From: Patescibacteria group bacterium
Lineage (GTDB): Bacteria > Patescibacteriota > Patescibacteriia > GWA2-46-9
Assembly: GCA_041660005.1 (NCBI GenBank)
Contig: JBAZXG010000001.1
Span: forward strand, 71,689 to 135,688
DNA length: 64,000 nt
Direction: 5' to 3'
Within the stretch, counting starts at the first letter, position 1; each line of letters starts with the position of its first letter. The notes below the pieces were generated by a model. It was given only the letters and a program-made list of their open reading frames with translations, made no database searches and was not told the DNA's origin. Made by a program: the position numbers and the translations under genes. Below are positions 1-8,972 of this stretch, one piece after another.

Positions 1-339
1 ATTTTTTACTTCCGTCGTGTGCCCAACCACACTGTTGTCGCCAACATACACATTCCCGCGTAAATAAGCATGGCTCCGTATGTGACAGTTCTTTCCAATA
101 ATTGCGGGGCCAATAATAACAGCAAACGGGTCAACAACACTCCCCTCCCCAATCGACACCTTGTCGTCAATAACTGCCTGCGGACTCACCGAGCCCTGCA
201 CTGTGCCGAGTTTCTGTTCGCTAAGCCACGGTCCGAGTTTCTGAATTGCCTGCCACGGGTACTGGCACTCTAGGAGCCAGCTCAAATGGTCGTTTCCGGT
301 AAGATCAAAAAATGTACCAACAGCAAAGTTGCGTTCCAT
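1..339 (-). CDS. GlmU-like left-handed beta-helix acetyltransferase lacking the N-terminal nucleotidyltransferase domain (5' part only; runs off the window)
   Basis: Not in the ORF track. Manual translation from ATG 339: MERNFAVGTFFDL...YPWQAI...VSIGEGSVVDPFAVIIGPAIIGKNCHIRSHAYLRGNVYVGDNSVVGHTTEVKN. Hexapeptide repeats resemble the archaeal/chlamydial GlmU acetyltransferase domain. Starts 4 bp after the yvcK stop. Confidence 0.85.
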   Translation of the reverse strand, partial: MERNFAVGTFFDLTGNDHLSWLLECQYPWQAIQKLGPWLSEQKLGTVQGSVSPQAVIDDKVSIGEGSVVDPFAVIIGPAIIGKNCHIRSHAYLRGNVYVGDNSVVGHTTEVKN

Positions 340-343
340 ACTA

Positions 344-1336
344 TTAACTTACAATCTCCCAAATTATTTTTGCAATTTTATTTTCATCGTGTCGAAGAAA
401 GCTGCGCGTTAGCGTATCTCCGTTCGCGCGCTTAAATGACCGGCTGGAAACAAGAGGAGCAGCAATAACGCGCGCGCCAAACTTTCGCAAATTTGCCGCG
501 TCTGTTTGCACAAGCGTAGCTCCCGTTTTTCGGTAACGCACTAAATCAGCAGCACCCGGCTTTTTGGTGTTCACAATGACCGCGTCAACGACAAAAGTTT
601 TTTTGTCTTGAGAGAGGTAACTATTAAACGTCTGCACAAAGTCAGACGCTGAAAAACCGTCGGTCTGTCCAGATTTTGTCATGATGTTGACGATGAAAAC
701 TTTTTTTGCCGACGACTTCAATATGGCCTCCTTGACCCCACGCACGAGAAGACTCGGTAAGGTGCTGCTAAAAAGATCCCCCGGCCCAAACACAATAGCG
801 TCAGCGTGGCGAATGGCATCAAGCGCTCGTGGGTTTGCCGGAGCGCTTGGCGACAGCGAAAGGCCGACAATTGGCGAGCGATGCTTGGCTGTTGGTTCGT
901 CTATTCTGTGTTCACCAACAATTGTGTTGCCATTTTTCAAACGAGCAGAAAGCTTCGTTGGGAAAAGCGTTACTGGCAGCACTTCGCCGCGCACATTCAA
1001 CAACTTTGCCGAAGCCGCAATGGCCGACTCTACGTTACCCGTAATTTTTTCCAGCGCCGCCAATAAAATGTTGCCGACGGTGTGACCCGAAAGTGAACCC
1101 TTATCAAAACGATAGTTGAATAACTTTTTCAGGGCTTCGTCAGTATAGGAAAGCCCAACTAAACACTGTCGAATATCCCCTGCCGGCATCACGCTTAGCT
1201 CAGTGCGCAATCGCCCTGTCGACCCGCCGTCGTCCGCCGACGAAATAATGACCGTGTTATTAACCGGAAACTTTCTGAGGCCAGAGAGCAACGTAAATGT
1301 TCCCGTGCCGCCGCCGATGATAACAATGTTCTTCAT
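344..1336 (-). CDS. yvcK: YvcK/GlmR (CofD-like, UPF0052) protein
   Basis: IGGGTG, DDGGSTGRLR, GDIRQC, GHTVGN, GPGDLFSS and RHD motifs. Confidence 0.92.
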   Translation of the reverse strand: MKNIVIIGGGTGTFTLLSGLRKFPVNNTVIISSADDGGSTGRLRTELSVMPAGDIRQCLVGLSYTDEALKKLFNYRFDKGSLSGHTVGNILLAALEKITGNVESAIAASAKLLNVRGEVLPVTLFPTKLSARLKNGNTIVGEHRIDEPTAKHRSPIVGLSLSPSAPANPRALDAIRHADAIVFGPGDLFSSTLPSLLVRGVKEAILKSSAKKVFIVNIMTKSGQTDGFSASDFVQTFNSYLSQDKKTFVVDAVIVNTKKPGAADLVRYRKTGATLVQTDAANLRKFGARVIAAPLVSSRSFKRANGDTLTRSFLRHDENKIAKIIWEIVS

Positions 1337-1338
1337 AA

Positions 1339-2535
1339 TTATTGAATGACGTTCATCTCGCGACCAACGGCCGAGAATGCTGCAATAGCTTTATCAAGTT
1401 GCTCGGTTGTATGTGCCGCCGATATTTGCACCCGAATTCTCGCCTTACCCTTCGGTACTACGGGGTAAGTAAACCCTCGCACATAAATCCCATGAGCTAG
1501 TAACTTTTCAGCCATTGTAGCGGCGGTTGCTTCGTCGAAAAGCATCACCGGCGTAATGGGGTGCGTGCCGTCCCCGCCGAGCTTAAAACCAGCCGCGTCC
1601 ATGCGCGTGCGGAAGTACGTTGTGTTTTCTAAGAGCGACCCACGAATATCTTTAAGTTCATTGTCAAAGTGCTCAAACACATACTTAGCAGCGTAGGCAA
1701 CTGCAGGCATGAGGGAATTCGAAAACAAATTTGGCCGCGATCGTTGGCGCAGCACATCAATAATTTTTTTGTGGCCCGTTGTAAAACCGCCACAAGCGCC
1801 GCCCATGGCTTTACCAAAAGTTGAGGTAATGAGATCAACGCGACCAAGCACACCTTCTTTTTCCACGCTCCCTCGCCCACGCTCACCAAGAACACCGGTC
1901 GCGTGCGATTCATCCACCATGACGAGTGCCCCGTAGCGTTCTGCCAGGTCGCAAATGGCAGCTAACTTTGCCGAGACACCATCCATAGAGAAAACGCCGT
2001 CGGTGGCAATGAGTATTCTACGACGTTTACCAGCCGCCTTTAACTGCTCTTCCAAATCCTGCATGTCAGAACTTTTGAAACGAAAACGCTCGGCCTTGCA
2101 CAGCCGAATGCCGTCAATGATGCTGGCGTGATTTAATTCGTCAGAAATAACCGCGTCGTTCTCTTGCAAAATAGTTTCGAAGAGTCCGGTATTGGCGTCG
2201 AAGCATGACGAATAAAGAATCGTGTCCTCAGTGCCAAAAAATTTCGACACCGCAGCTTCGAGTTCTTTATGAACCGTGCTTGTGCCGCAAATAAAGCGAA
2301 CCGAACCCATACCAAAACCCCACTCGTCAATACCTTCTTTAGCCACCCGCTCCATGAGTTCACTACCCGCAAGGCCGAGATAATTATTACCGCAAAAATT
2401 AAGGAGCGTTTTTCCTTCAACTACAATTTCTACCCCTTGCTTACCCTCAATAGTTTTTTCGGCCTTGGTGAGCCCGGAAGACTCAATCGTAGCAAGTTCC
2501 TCAGCGAACAATTCTTGTGTTGGATACGTAGGCAT
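1339..2535 (-). CDS. kbl: Glycine C-acetyltransferase (2-amino-3-ketobutyrate CoA ligase)
   Basis: NFCGNNYLGL, SVRFICGT, SCFDAN, LNHASIIDG, DESHATG, PLP lysine in STFGKA, RIRVQISAAH. Confidence 0.95.
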   Translation of the reverse strand: MPTYPTQELFAEELATIESSGLTKAEKTIEGKQGVEIVVEGKTLLNFCGNNYLGLAGSELMERVAKEGIDEWGFGMGSVRFICGTSTVHKELEAAVSKFFGTEDTILYSSCFDANTGLFETILQENDAVISDELNHASIIDGIRLCKAERFRFKSSDMQDLEEQLKAAGKRRRILIATDGVFSMDGVSAKLAAICDLAERYGALVMVDESHATGVLGERGRGSVEKEGVLGRVDLITSTFGKAMGGACGGFTTGHKKIIDVLRQRSRPNLFSNSLMPAVAYAAKYVFEHFDNELKDIRGSLLENTTYFRTRMDAAGFKLGGDGTHPITPVMLFDEATAATMAEKLLAHGIYVRGFTYPVVPKGKARIRVQISAAHTTEQLDKAIAAFSAVGREMNVIQ

Positions 2536-2539
2536 AAAA

Positions 2540-3697
2540 TTAAAACTGTAAAAGTAGCTTAGGGTGTTTCTTCATTTTTTCCTCGAACATCGCCGGCGTA
2601 TACGTGTCGATGGGTACAATAGTATCAACACCTTTATTCAGAATAATATTATACATCTTTTCTTGTACGCCGTTTTGAACGTTCTCCAATAACGCCCGCG
2701 TAGTCTCCCACGTTTGCCAAACTTGCCGGCCAATGACTGCATGAAAGGTAAATCCGTGCACAATCAATCGATTATAATCTTCGAACACAAAGTCGCCGGT
2801 TTTGATACCGAAGAGAACAATTTCTCCCCCGCGCCGAGTAGCATAGAGACAATTGTTAACCGACGAATTGAACCCAGCCATTTCAAAAGAAACATCAACG
2901 CCGATACCGTTCGTTATTTTTTTTACTTCGTCGGTTACGATGTCCACGTGCGCCGGAGACGTGACGTTACCGGTGTTTGGCAAAGGAATGACGTAATCAA
3001 TACCAAGACGACCAGCCATGTCGCGTGCAATGGGATTTGGATCAATACCAATGATACTCTTAGCGCCAAGACCGCGAATAACCAGGGTGAGAAACTGACC
3101 TATTGGCCCAAGCCCAAAAATGGCAACGGTTTTTCCTTTCACATCCACTTTGCTCGCCGCGTGCACCGCATTACCAAACGGTTCTTGCATAGCGGCAACT
3201 TCCGGACGAATACGACTGGTGTCCGTTTTCCAAATAATGTGCCCTGGTACTTTAAGGTACTCTGCGTAACAGCCGTCGCGAGAAATACCAAGAATCGTTT
3301 CGTTGGTGCACACATGTTTTTCCCCGTTCTTGCATTGATAACACTCGTTACAGACCACATGCGATTCGCAAGCAACAAAATCACCAACTTTGAGATTATA
3401 GGTTTTGCCCGCGCGCGACCCCAGCGCCACCACTTCCCCAAACATTTCATGCCCAATAATGCGCTGTGTTTTTTTATCACGTTCTAAAGTATTCAATATC
3501 TGATCGCGGAACGCTTGGCGGTTCCAAATACCGCGGTCAGTACCGCAAAGGCCGGCGTAGTGCACTTTGAGAATTGCCGAGAGTGAATCAACCGCACTGC
3601 TACCCTCATCAAGCACTGGCATTGGGACGTCCACTTTTGTGAACCCGCGAGATTTCTCCCAGGTGTTTGCTTGGCGATCAAAAACAAGAGCTTTCAT
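2540..3697 (-). CDS. tdh: L-threonine 3-dehydrogenase (Zn-dependent medium-chain dehydrogenase)
   Basis: CGTD, GHE, structural Zn cysteines (ESHVVCNECYQC...C), QEPFGNAVH, GLGPIG; adjacent to kbl. Confidence 0.85.
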   Translation of the reverse strand: MKALVFDRQANTWEKSRGFTKVDVPMPVLDEGSSAVDSLSAILKVHYAGLCGTDRGIWNRQAFRDQILNTLERDKKTQRIIGHEMFGEVVALGSRAGKTYNLKVGDFVACESHVVCNECYQCKNGEKHVCTNETILGISRDGCYAEYLKVPGHIIWKTDTSRIRPEVAAMQEPFGNAVHAASKVDVKGKTVAIFGLGPIGQFLTLVIRGLGAKSIIGIDPNPIARDMAGRLGIDYVIPLPNTGNVTSPAHVDIVTDEVKKITNGIGVDVSFEMAGFNSSVNNCLYATRRGGEIVLFGIKTGDFVFEDYNRLIVHGFTFHAVIGRQVWQTWETTRALLENVQNGVQEKMYNIILNKGVDTIVPIDTYTPAMFEEKMKKHPKLLLQF

Positions 3698-3702
3698 ATT
3701 GA

Positions 3703-5556
3703 TTATTCAACGGTTACGCTTTTTGCTAAGTTCCGCGGCTTATCGACATCACAGCCCCGCCCAACTGCAAACTCATAGGCAAAAAGTTGCAGTGGCACGC
3801 TCATGAGTATTGGCGTCAGCATCTCGAGCGTCTTAGGAATGGTAATAATGTCGGAGGTCAGCTTCAAAATACGATCGTCTCCCTCTGTCACAACGGCGAT
3901 GACTGGTCCGCCGCGAGCGCGCAATTCTTGCAGGTTGCTTAAACTCTTTTCGTACACGCTATCTTGCGGTGCCAGAAAGATGCTGGCAAAGTGTTCGTCG
4001 ATCATGGCGAGCGGCCCATGCTTTAATTCACCCGCAGGAAACCCTTCGGCATGCACATAGGTTATCTCTTTAAACTTCAGCGCTCCCTCAAGCGCACTTG
4101 GATAATTATACTTGCGTCCCAAGTAAAGAAAATTCGTAAAATTTTGGTACTTCTTGGCAAGCGACGCAATGTGACTACGCTCCGACAAAATATGCTCCAC
4201 CTTTTTCGGCAGTTCTTGCAATTCTTGAATAATGCGCTCGCCCATAACGAGCGAGAGTTGTCGTTGGCGGCCGAGCATGAGTGCGATGAGCGTCAGCACC
4301 GTCGTCATGCCCACATACGCTTTCGTACTGGCGACACCGATTTCCGGCCCAACATGAAGATACACGCCCGCATCAGTCATGCGCGCAATAGTTGAACCAA
4401 CAACATTGACAACACCCAGCGTCAAACATCCTTTTTGTTTCGCTTCTTGAATGCCAGCAATGGTGTCCGCCGTTTCACCAGACTGCGACATGGCAATCAC
4501 CACCGTGTGCTTGTCGAGTACTGGCTTTCTATAACGAAACTCAGAAGCTACAACGGCTTCGACCGGAATAGATGCGTACTCTTCAATCTGATATTTGCCG
4601 ACGAGCGCCGCATGGTACGACGTACCACAACCAATAATGACAATACGCCGCGCATGAGCCAATTGATCCGCCACGAGTTCAAGACCACCGAGCTTCGCAA
4701 GGCCGCGATCTAAGATGGTGCGCCCGCGCGTCGCAGACAAAATAGCTGCGGGCTGCTCAAAAATTTCTTTCAGCATAAAATGCGGATAGCCACCGCGCTC
4801 AACTTCAGCCGACGTCCATTCAATCGTTTGCCCAGGTCGCTCTACTTTGTCTCGACTCTGTATGGTCGTAATCGCAACGCCCGAGCCGTCCACGGTTGCC
4901 ATTTCACCGTCTTCTAAATACACCACGTTATTCGTGTGCTCCATGATGGGTGAAAGGTCAGAAGCGATGATGTATTCGCCGTCAGCGACACCGATAACGA
5001 CCGGGCTGCCATTACGCGCAACCACGATTGAATTCGGAGTTTCTTGGTCGAGCACTAAAAGCCCGTAGGTGCCTCGCACGCGCTGTAACGTCGCCCGAAC
5101 CGCTTCCTCAAGATTCGGATGCGTTAGTAAAGCGTCCTCAATGAGGTGCGCTAAAACTTCGGTATCTGTATCAGAAAGAAAGGTGTGGTTCTTTTCCTGA
5201 AGCTCGGCTTTCAGCTCAGCAAAATTTTCGATAATGCCATTGTGCACAACATAGAGCGCCCGCTTGCAGCCGACATGCGGATGCGCGTTTATCGTTGTTG
5301 GAGCGCCGTGCGTTGCCCAACGCGTGTGGCCAATACCAGACTGCAGTGATGTTTTGTGCTGGTCGTGCAACAGGTGCTCACCCAGTTGGTCGACCATGAC
5401 ATCAAGTTTACCCGCTGCTTTTATGGAAACAACATTCGATCCATCAAACCAAGCAATGCCGCTCGAGTCATAGCCGCGATACTCAAGGCGTCGCAACCCT
5501 CGAACTAATGTTGGTACAACTGATTTTTTCCCTACGTAACCAATAATGCCGCACAT
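3703..5556 (-). CDS. glmS: Glutamine-fructose-6-phosphate transaminase
   Basis: MCGI N-terminus, LEYRGYDS, HTRWATHG, SQSGETADT, C-terminal PRNLAKSVTVE. Confidence 0.98.
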   Translation of the reverse strand: MCGIIGYVGKKSVVPTLVRGLRRLEYRGYDSSGIAWFDGSNVVSIKAAGKLDVMVDQLGEHLLHDQHKTSLQSGIGHTRWATHGAPTTINAHPHVGCKRALYVVHNGIIENFAELKAELQEKNHTFLSDTDTEVLAHLIEDALLTHPNLEEAVRATLQRVRGTYGLLVLDQETPNSIVVARNGSPVVIGVADGEYIIASDLSPIMEHTNNVVYLEDGEMATVDGSGVAITTIQSRDKVERPGQTIEWTSAEVERGGYPHFMLKEIFEQPAAILSATRGRTILDRGLAKLGGLELVADQLAHARRIVIIGCGTSYHAALVGKYQIEEYASIPVEAVVASEFRYRKPVLDKHTVVIAMSQSGETADTIAGIQEAKQKGCLTLGVVNVVGSTIARMTDAGVYLHVGPEIGVASTKAYVGMTTVLTLIALMLGRQRQLSLVMGERIIQELQELPKKVEHILSERSHIASLAKKYQNFTNFLYLGRKYNYPSALEGALKFKEITYVHAEGFPAGELKHGPLAMIDEHFASIFLAPQDSVYEKSLSNLQELRARGGPVIAVVTEGDDRILKLTSDIITIPKTLEMLTPILMSVPLQLFAYEFAVGRGCDVDKPRNLAKSVTVE

Positions 5557-5568
5557 ATATCTATAAAA

Positions 5569-6306
5569 TTATAATCGTTCAAACAGTTTAGCAAAAATGA
5601 GCTGCTCGGTCTCCGCGAGGTTACGGTCGTTAATGACAACCGCGCGCGGCGTGCCGTCAATGGCAACCGTAACCATAGCAATCTTCCCTGGGTATATGAG
5701 TGTATAGGTCGGCGCAGACTCTTTGGTCGTCAACCACTTGCGTTCATCAAGACCTTTCACTTCACCCCCGGCGCCAAGCGCAATAACACGAACGCTGACG
5801 CCAGCATTGATGCGGTCGGCGGTATAATTTGGGTAGACGCGAAGAATCACCGGACGAATCGTCGCCGATGAGTAAACCGCGTACCGCTTTTCACTGCTCC
5901 GTGCAGTCGTTTCAATGACATCTTTAAGAACACTTCTAATGCCTGCCACTCCTTCAAAATATGTCGTCACCGGTTTCTCGGTGGCGTTGTCGTGGAGTGA
6001 TTTAAGCTCCGGAACAATTTGTTTCAGTTCTGACTCCGTCGCTGCAAGCAACTCACGTCGGCGTGCCAAAAGATCGCCCAGCTTTTCAGGATTCTCAGCA
6101 ATGAAGTACTGGCGTTTTTCTTTATGGTAATAGGAAACAAGGCCCTCTTTGATCAGTTCTTTTAAAACGTCGTAGGTGGTTCCGCGGTTTGTTCCTGCTT
6201 CTGCGGCAATTGAACGCACTGGCGACGGACCGAGCTTTAAAGAAGCCAAATATACCTGAACACCCTTTTGGCTGAGTCCCAGTGATTCTAGTGCTTTTTC
6301 AATCAT
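5569..6306 (-). CDS. TrmB-family transcriptional regulator
   Basis: N-terminal wHTH (LGLS..VYLASLKLG...RGTTYDVLKELIKEGLV), coiled coil, then a FEGVAGI sensor-like domain. Confidence 0.88.
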   Translation of the reverse strand: MIEKALESLGLSQKGVQVYLASLKLGPSPVRSIAAEAGTNRGTTYDVLKELIKEGLVSYYHKEKRQYFIAENPEKLGDLLARRRELLAATESELKQIVPELKSLHDNATEKPVTTYFEGVAGIRSVLKDVIETTARSSEKRYAVYSSATIRPVILRVYPNYTADRINAGVSVRVIALGAGGEVKGLDERKWLTTKESAPTYTLIYPGKIAMVTVAIDGTPRAVVINDRNLAETEQLIFAKLFERL

Positions 6307-6331
6307 AGAAGGTGTGGATTACTGTGATATT

Positions 6332-6436
6332 AGGGTATACCTTCAGTGAAATTTGTCAATAATTTATCTACAAGATTATAGAAATAAACAAAAAAGCCCA
6401 TTATTCATGGACTTTTTTGTCATTATTTTTTCTACA
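6332..6436 (-). promoter_or_regulatory. Sigma70-like promoter of the trmB-glmS operon with two candidate operator boxes
   Basis: TTGACA-N16-TACCCT on the minus strand. TGTCA-N9-CTACA occurs at 6354-6372 (overlapping the -35) and at 6418-6436. Confidence 0.6.
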
Positions 6437-6602
6437 CTAAGAGCCCAGCTCAAGAAATAGCTTTAACAACAGGGCGAATGACGTTCGCGCCGAAACGGCT
6501 GAAGAATGACGAAGCAAGTGGCTATTTCAACCGCAGGGTTAGGGTTTGAGGTTTAAAAGGTGTTTGTATAACGTGTCAATTCAGTTTTTTACTAAATGAA
6601 AA

Positions 6603-6671
6603 GCCCCGCGCGAATTGTGTTGTCGGTTGAGATGCGCAAGGGCTTCTCATTCGCACAATTGTGCGCGGGGC
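6603..6671 (-). terminator. Long GC hairpin, probable terminator of the 6678-7130 orphan gene
   Basis: GCCCCGCGCGAATTGTG...CACAATTGTGCGCGGGGC followed by a T-run on the minus strand. Confidence 0.65.
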
Positions 6672-6677
6672 CGGGGG

Positions 6678-7130
6678 CTAGGCAGCGACTTCTGTCCTGG
6701 CCTGGCCGCGTCTCCCAGGCCGACGAGTAGTCGGCTGCATCTGATCTTGCCACCGCTCAATGACCGGACCCAAGCGCTTCCAGCTCATCACGCGGAAACC
6801 AGTCAAGCCGTAAGACGCTTTGATGGCCCTCATCTTGTCGGCATCCCAGGTAGCGACCTCGTCGTAGGTGAAGTGCTTGCCACGTCGTCGCTTGATGACG
6901 CAGTAGGACAACACCAGCCGTGGACGCTCGTACGGCGGTTCGTAGAGTTCTGCTGTGTCCTGCAGACCTACGAACACCATGAGACCGTTGTCGAAAAATA
7001 CCCGACGGTCGCTAGAACCAGATTCTTCGTCTGGGACATCGACACCCTGTTCTTGGCAGAACTGCCGTACAACCGCAGTTGCGATCGTGGTGGTCAGTTC
7101 TTGTATCCTTTCTCTTAATCTCCGGGTCAT
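6678..7130 (-). CDS. Hypothetical protein (orphan, 150 aa, MTRRLRER...)
   Basis: AGGAGG SD before ATG 7130; TTGACT-N17-TAGTTT promoter at 7205-7177; downstream hairpin. Confidence 0.7.
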   Translation of the reverse strand: MTRRLRERIQELTTTIATAVVRQFCQEQGVDVPDEESGSSDRRVFFDNGLMVFVGLQDTAELYEPPYERPRLVLSYCVIKRRRGKHFTYDEVATWDADKMRAIKASYGLTGFRVMSWKRLGPVIERWQDQMQPTTRRPGRRGQARTEVAA

Positions 7131-7319
7131 GCTAATCCCTCCTTGCTGATCGAAACTCGTTGTCTCGCAGCTGAATAAACTACATTTTTTTTTAAAAAAA
7201 GTCAATACTACCGTACGGGTAAAACTGCCTAATGGCAGCATATAGCCTTTCATGTCGAAGCATGACGAAAAGTTCGAAAATCGTTGCAAGCCGAATCGGC
7301 GTCGTTACTGCCCAAAGAC

Positions 7320-7384
7320 TATTGCCGAGGATAGTGAGTGAAGTGCAAATGGCAATTTGCATTTCCGAGCGACGTTAGAATCAA
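7320..7384. repeat. Dispersed ~65-bp repeat, copy 1 (copy 2 at 57891-57954)
   Basis: 27 bp TGCATTTCCGAGCGACGTTAGAATCAA identical in both copies; the upstream part is similar and has a small hairpin. Confidence 0.8.
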
Positions 7385-7556
7385 AGGGTGTAGTATCATT
7401 TTTATGATTTTTACATATTTTTGCGCGTACGCGCAAAAATATGTAATTTGATACTTGCGTAGCTCTGCCGCGCTCCCTTTCTCAATCCGCCCACTGGCGG
7501 ATTGAGGGTTCATAGCTTTGCCCTGGGGTTAATGCCATTTGTTTTTAAGATGGCAT

Positions 7557-8693
7557 CTAACTGTATCGTATTGATTTAACAACTTCTATCAAATCCTTTT
7601 CCGCCTCGTGAATGTCGGACTTCGGGATAACAAACCGAGCGACCGTCTTTGAACCAATCCCCTGCCACCGCTTAGTTAAATCGAGCGCATTATAGTTTGG
7701 GTCAGTTTTAAGCCAGCCGCCGACCGTTCCGTCCTCCTTTTCAAAGAGAAGGGCAATCGTTCGTGCCTGCGGTGTTGTGGCGATAAGTTCGTCAATAATG
7801 CCGACTAAATCTTTTTCAGTTGTTTCGGACTTTACAAAATCTTCTTTGGTCACGAGCGACCACACGAAACGTTGCCCGTCGCTATGTTGCAAACGCGCCA
7901 AAACGCGTCCCCACAAGCGAAGCGTTGTTACATCATGCTGCCGATACAGGTTGTGAATAATTTCATCACGCCGCGCCCCACGCTGCACGAGCTCTGCGGC
8001 AATCATAAGCGAACGCGGCGTCACATTGGGCGCCTTAAAGCTCTCGGTCTTTGCAATCATGCCGGCTAAGAGTGTCGTCGCAACGTCCTCGTCCAAGTGC
8101 TCATCACCCAACGTCTGCAGCAAACGGTAGAGCATTTCTGTCGTTGAAACGGCGGTAATATCAACAAAATTTATCTGTCCGTACTGCTCATTACCTGGGT
8201 TGTGGTCGATATTAATAATGGGCGTTTCATAAAAAAAATCAGGGTGTTCTGTATAGAGCATCCCTAACGAATCGAGATCTGGCGTATCAACAACCATAAT
8301 GAGGTCGTGGCTAGGCTTGCCAATTTCTGCTTTGACATCTGCCGGGTCGAGTTTACCAGAAGCCGGCGCCACATAAATTTTCAGCATATCTCCGTCGACC
8401 TCGTAGCGAAAATCTCGAAGTTTCCCGTCTTTAGGTGAAATCTTAATAACCAAATTTTTCAAACTTTTTCCGTCGCAAACGACTTCTTTTGAATGCGGCA
8501 AAAAACGGCACCGATCCAGAAGGTCTGGTCGTCCGCTTACAATAATCTCAGCGGGAACGCCGAGCTTTTTGAACATAAGATAAAGCGAAAGGCACGACGC
8601 CAAGGTGTCGACATGCATATCATGACGGCACGTGATGAGCACGCGCTTTGCCTCCTTCATGCGCTGGATAATTTGTTGGTCAGTAGAAAGCAT
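7557..8693 (-). CDS. DHH-family phosphoesterase-like protein (NrnA-like, CPR type)
   Basis: VVDTP, NIDHNPGNEQYG, AVSTTEM, TESF motifs; DHH appears as DHN. Confidence 0.8.
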   Translation of the reverse strand: MLSTDQQIIQRMKEAKRVLITCRHDMHVDTLASCLSLYLMFKKLGVPAEIIVSGRPDLLDRCRFLPHSKEVVCDGKSLKNLVIKISPKDGKLRDFRYEVDGDMLKIYVAPASGKLDPADVKAEIGKPSHDLIMVVDTPDLDSLGMLYTEHPDFFYETPIINIDHNPGNEQYGQINFVDITAVSTTEMLYRLLQTLGDEHLDEDVATTLLAGMIAKTESFKAPNVTPRSLMIAAELVQRGARRDEIIHNLYRQHDVTTLRLWGRVLARLQHSDGQRFVWSLVTKEDFVKSETTEKDLVGIIDELIATTPQARTIALLFEKEDGTVGGWLKTDPNYNALDLTKRWQGIGSKTVARFVIPKSDIHEAEKDLIEVVKSIRYS

Positions 8694-8804
8694 AGAAAAA
8701 TCGAATACCCCCGAAAAGGGAGCTGAGTACCCTACAATTTTTATGGGCGTGTGTCAAGCGATTTCTGTAACTTATGCCTTTGAACCGTTTTTTAACAGTA
8801 AATC

Positions 8805-8916
8805 GGTAATCCCACTTCGCTAATCTTTTTCGCCTAAACTATGACGGGTCAAGAAGCTACCCGGGATATTTTTGCCTCAGTAATGGTAACCTCGCGGCAA
8901 GCCGACGAGGTATTGG
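8805..8916. repeat. REP-like palindromic composite, copy 1 (related copy at 48211-48421)
   Basis: Shares CCCACTTCGCTAA, GCTAC..GGGATATTTTTG and an identical 32 bp GGTAACCTCGCGGCAAGCCGACGAGGTATTGG. Confidence 0.8.
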
Positions 8917-8972
8917 CAAAAATAACCTTGTACTCATGCAGTAATAATGCGATAATTTCGGCCATAAACGCT

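Noticed and set aside
2714-3487. Long antisense ORFs (e.g. 2714-3487, 8991-9845, 16974-17657)
   Set aside because: Shadow frames opposite longer or well-supported genes, with no motifs or expression signals
5557-5568. glmS ribozyme upstream of glmS
   Set aside because: Only 12 bp separate trmB from glmS, and I saw no ribozyme core upstream of trmB
8841-8972. N-terminal extension of ValS from ATG 8841
   Set aside because: It runs through a REP composite; the typical ValRS start is at 8973
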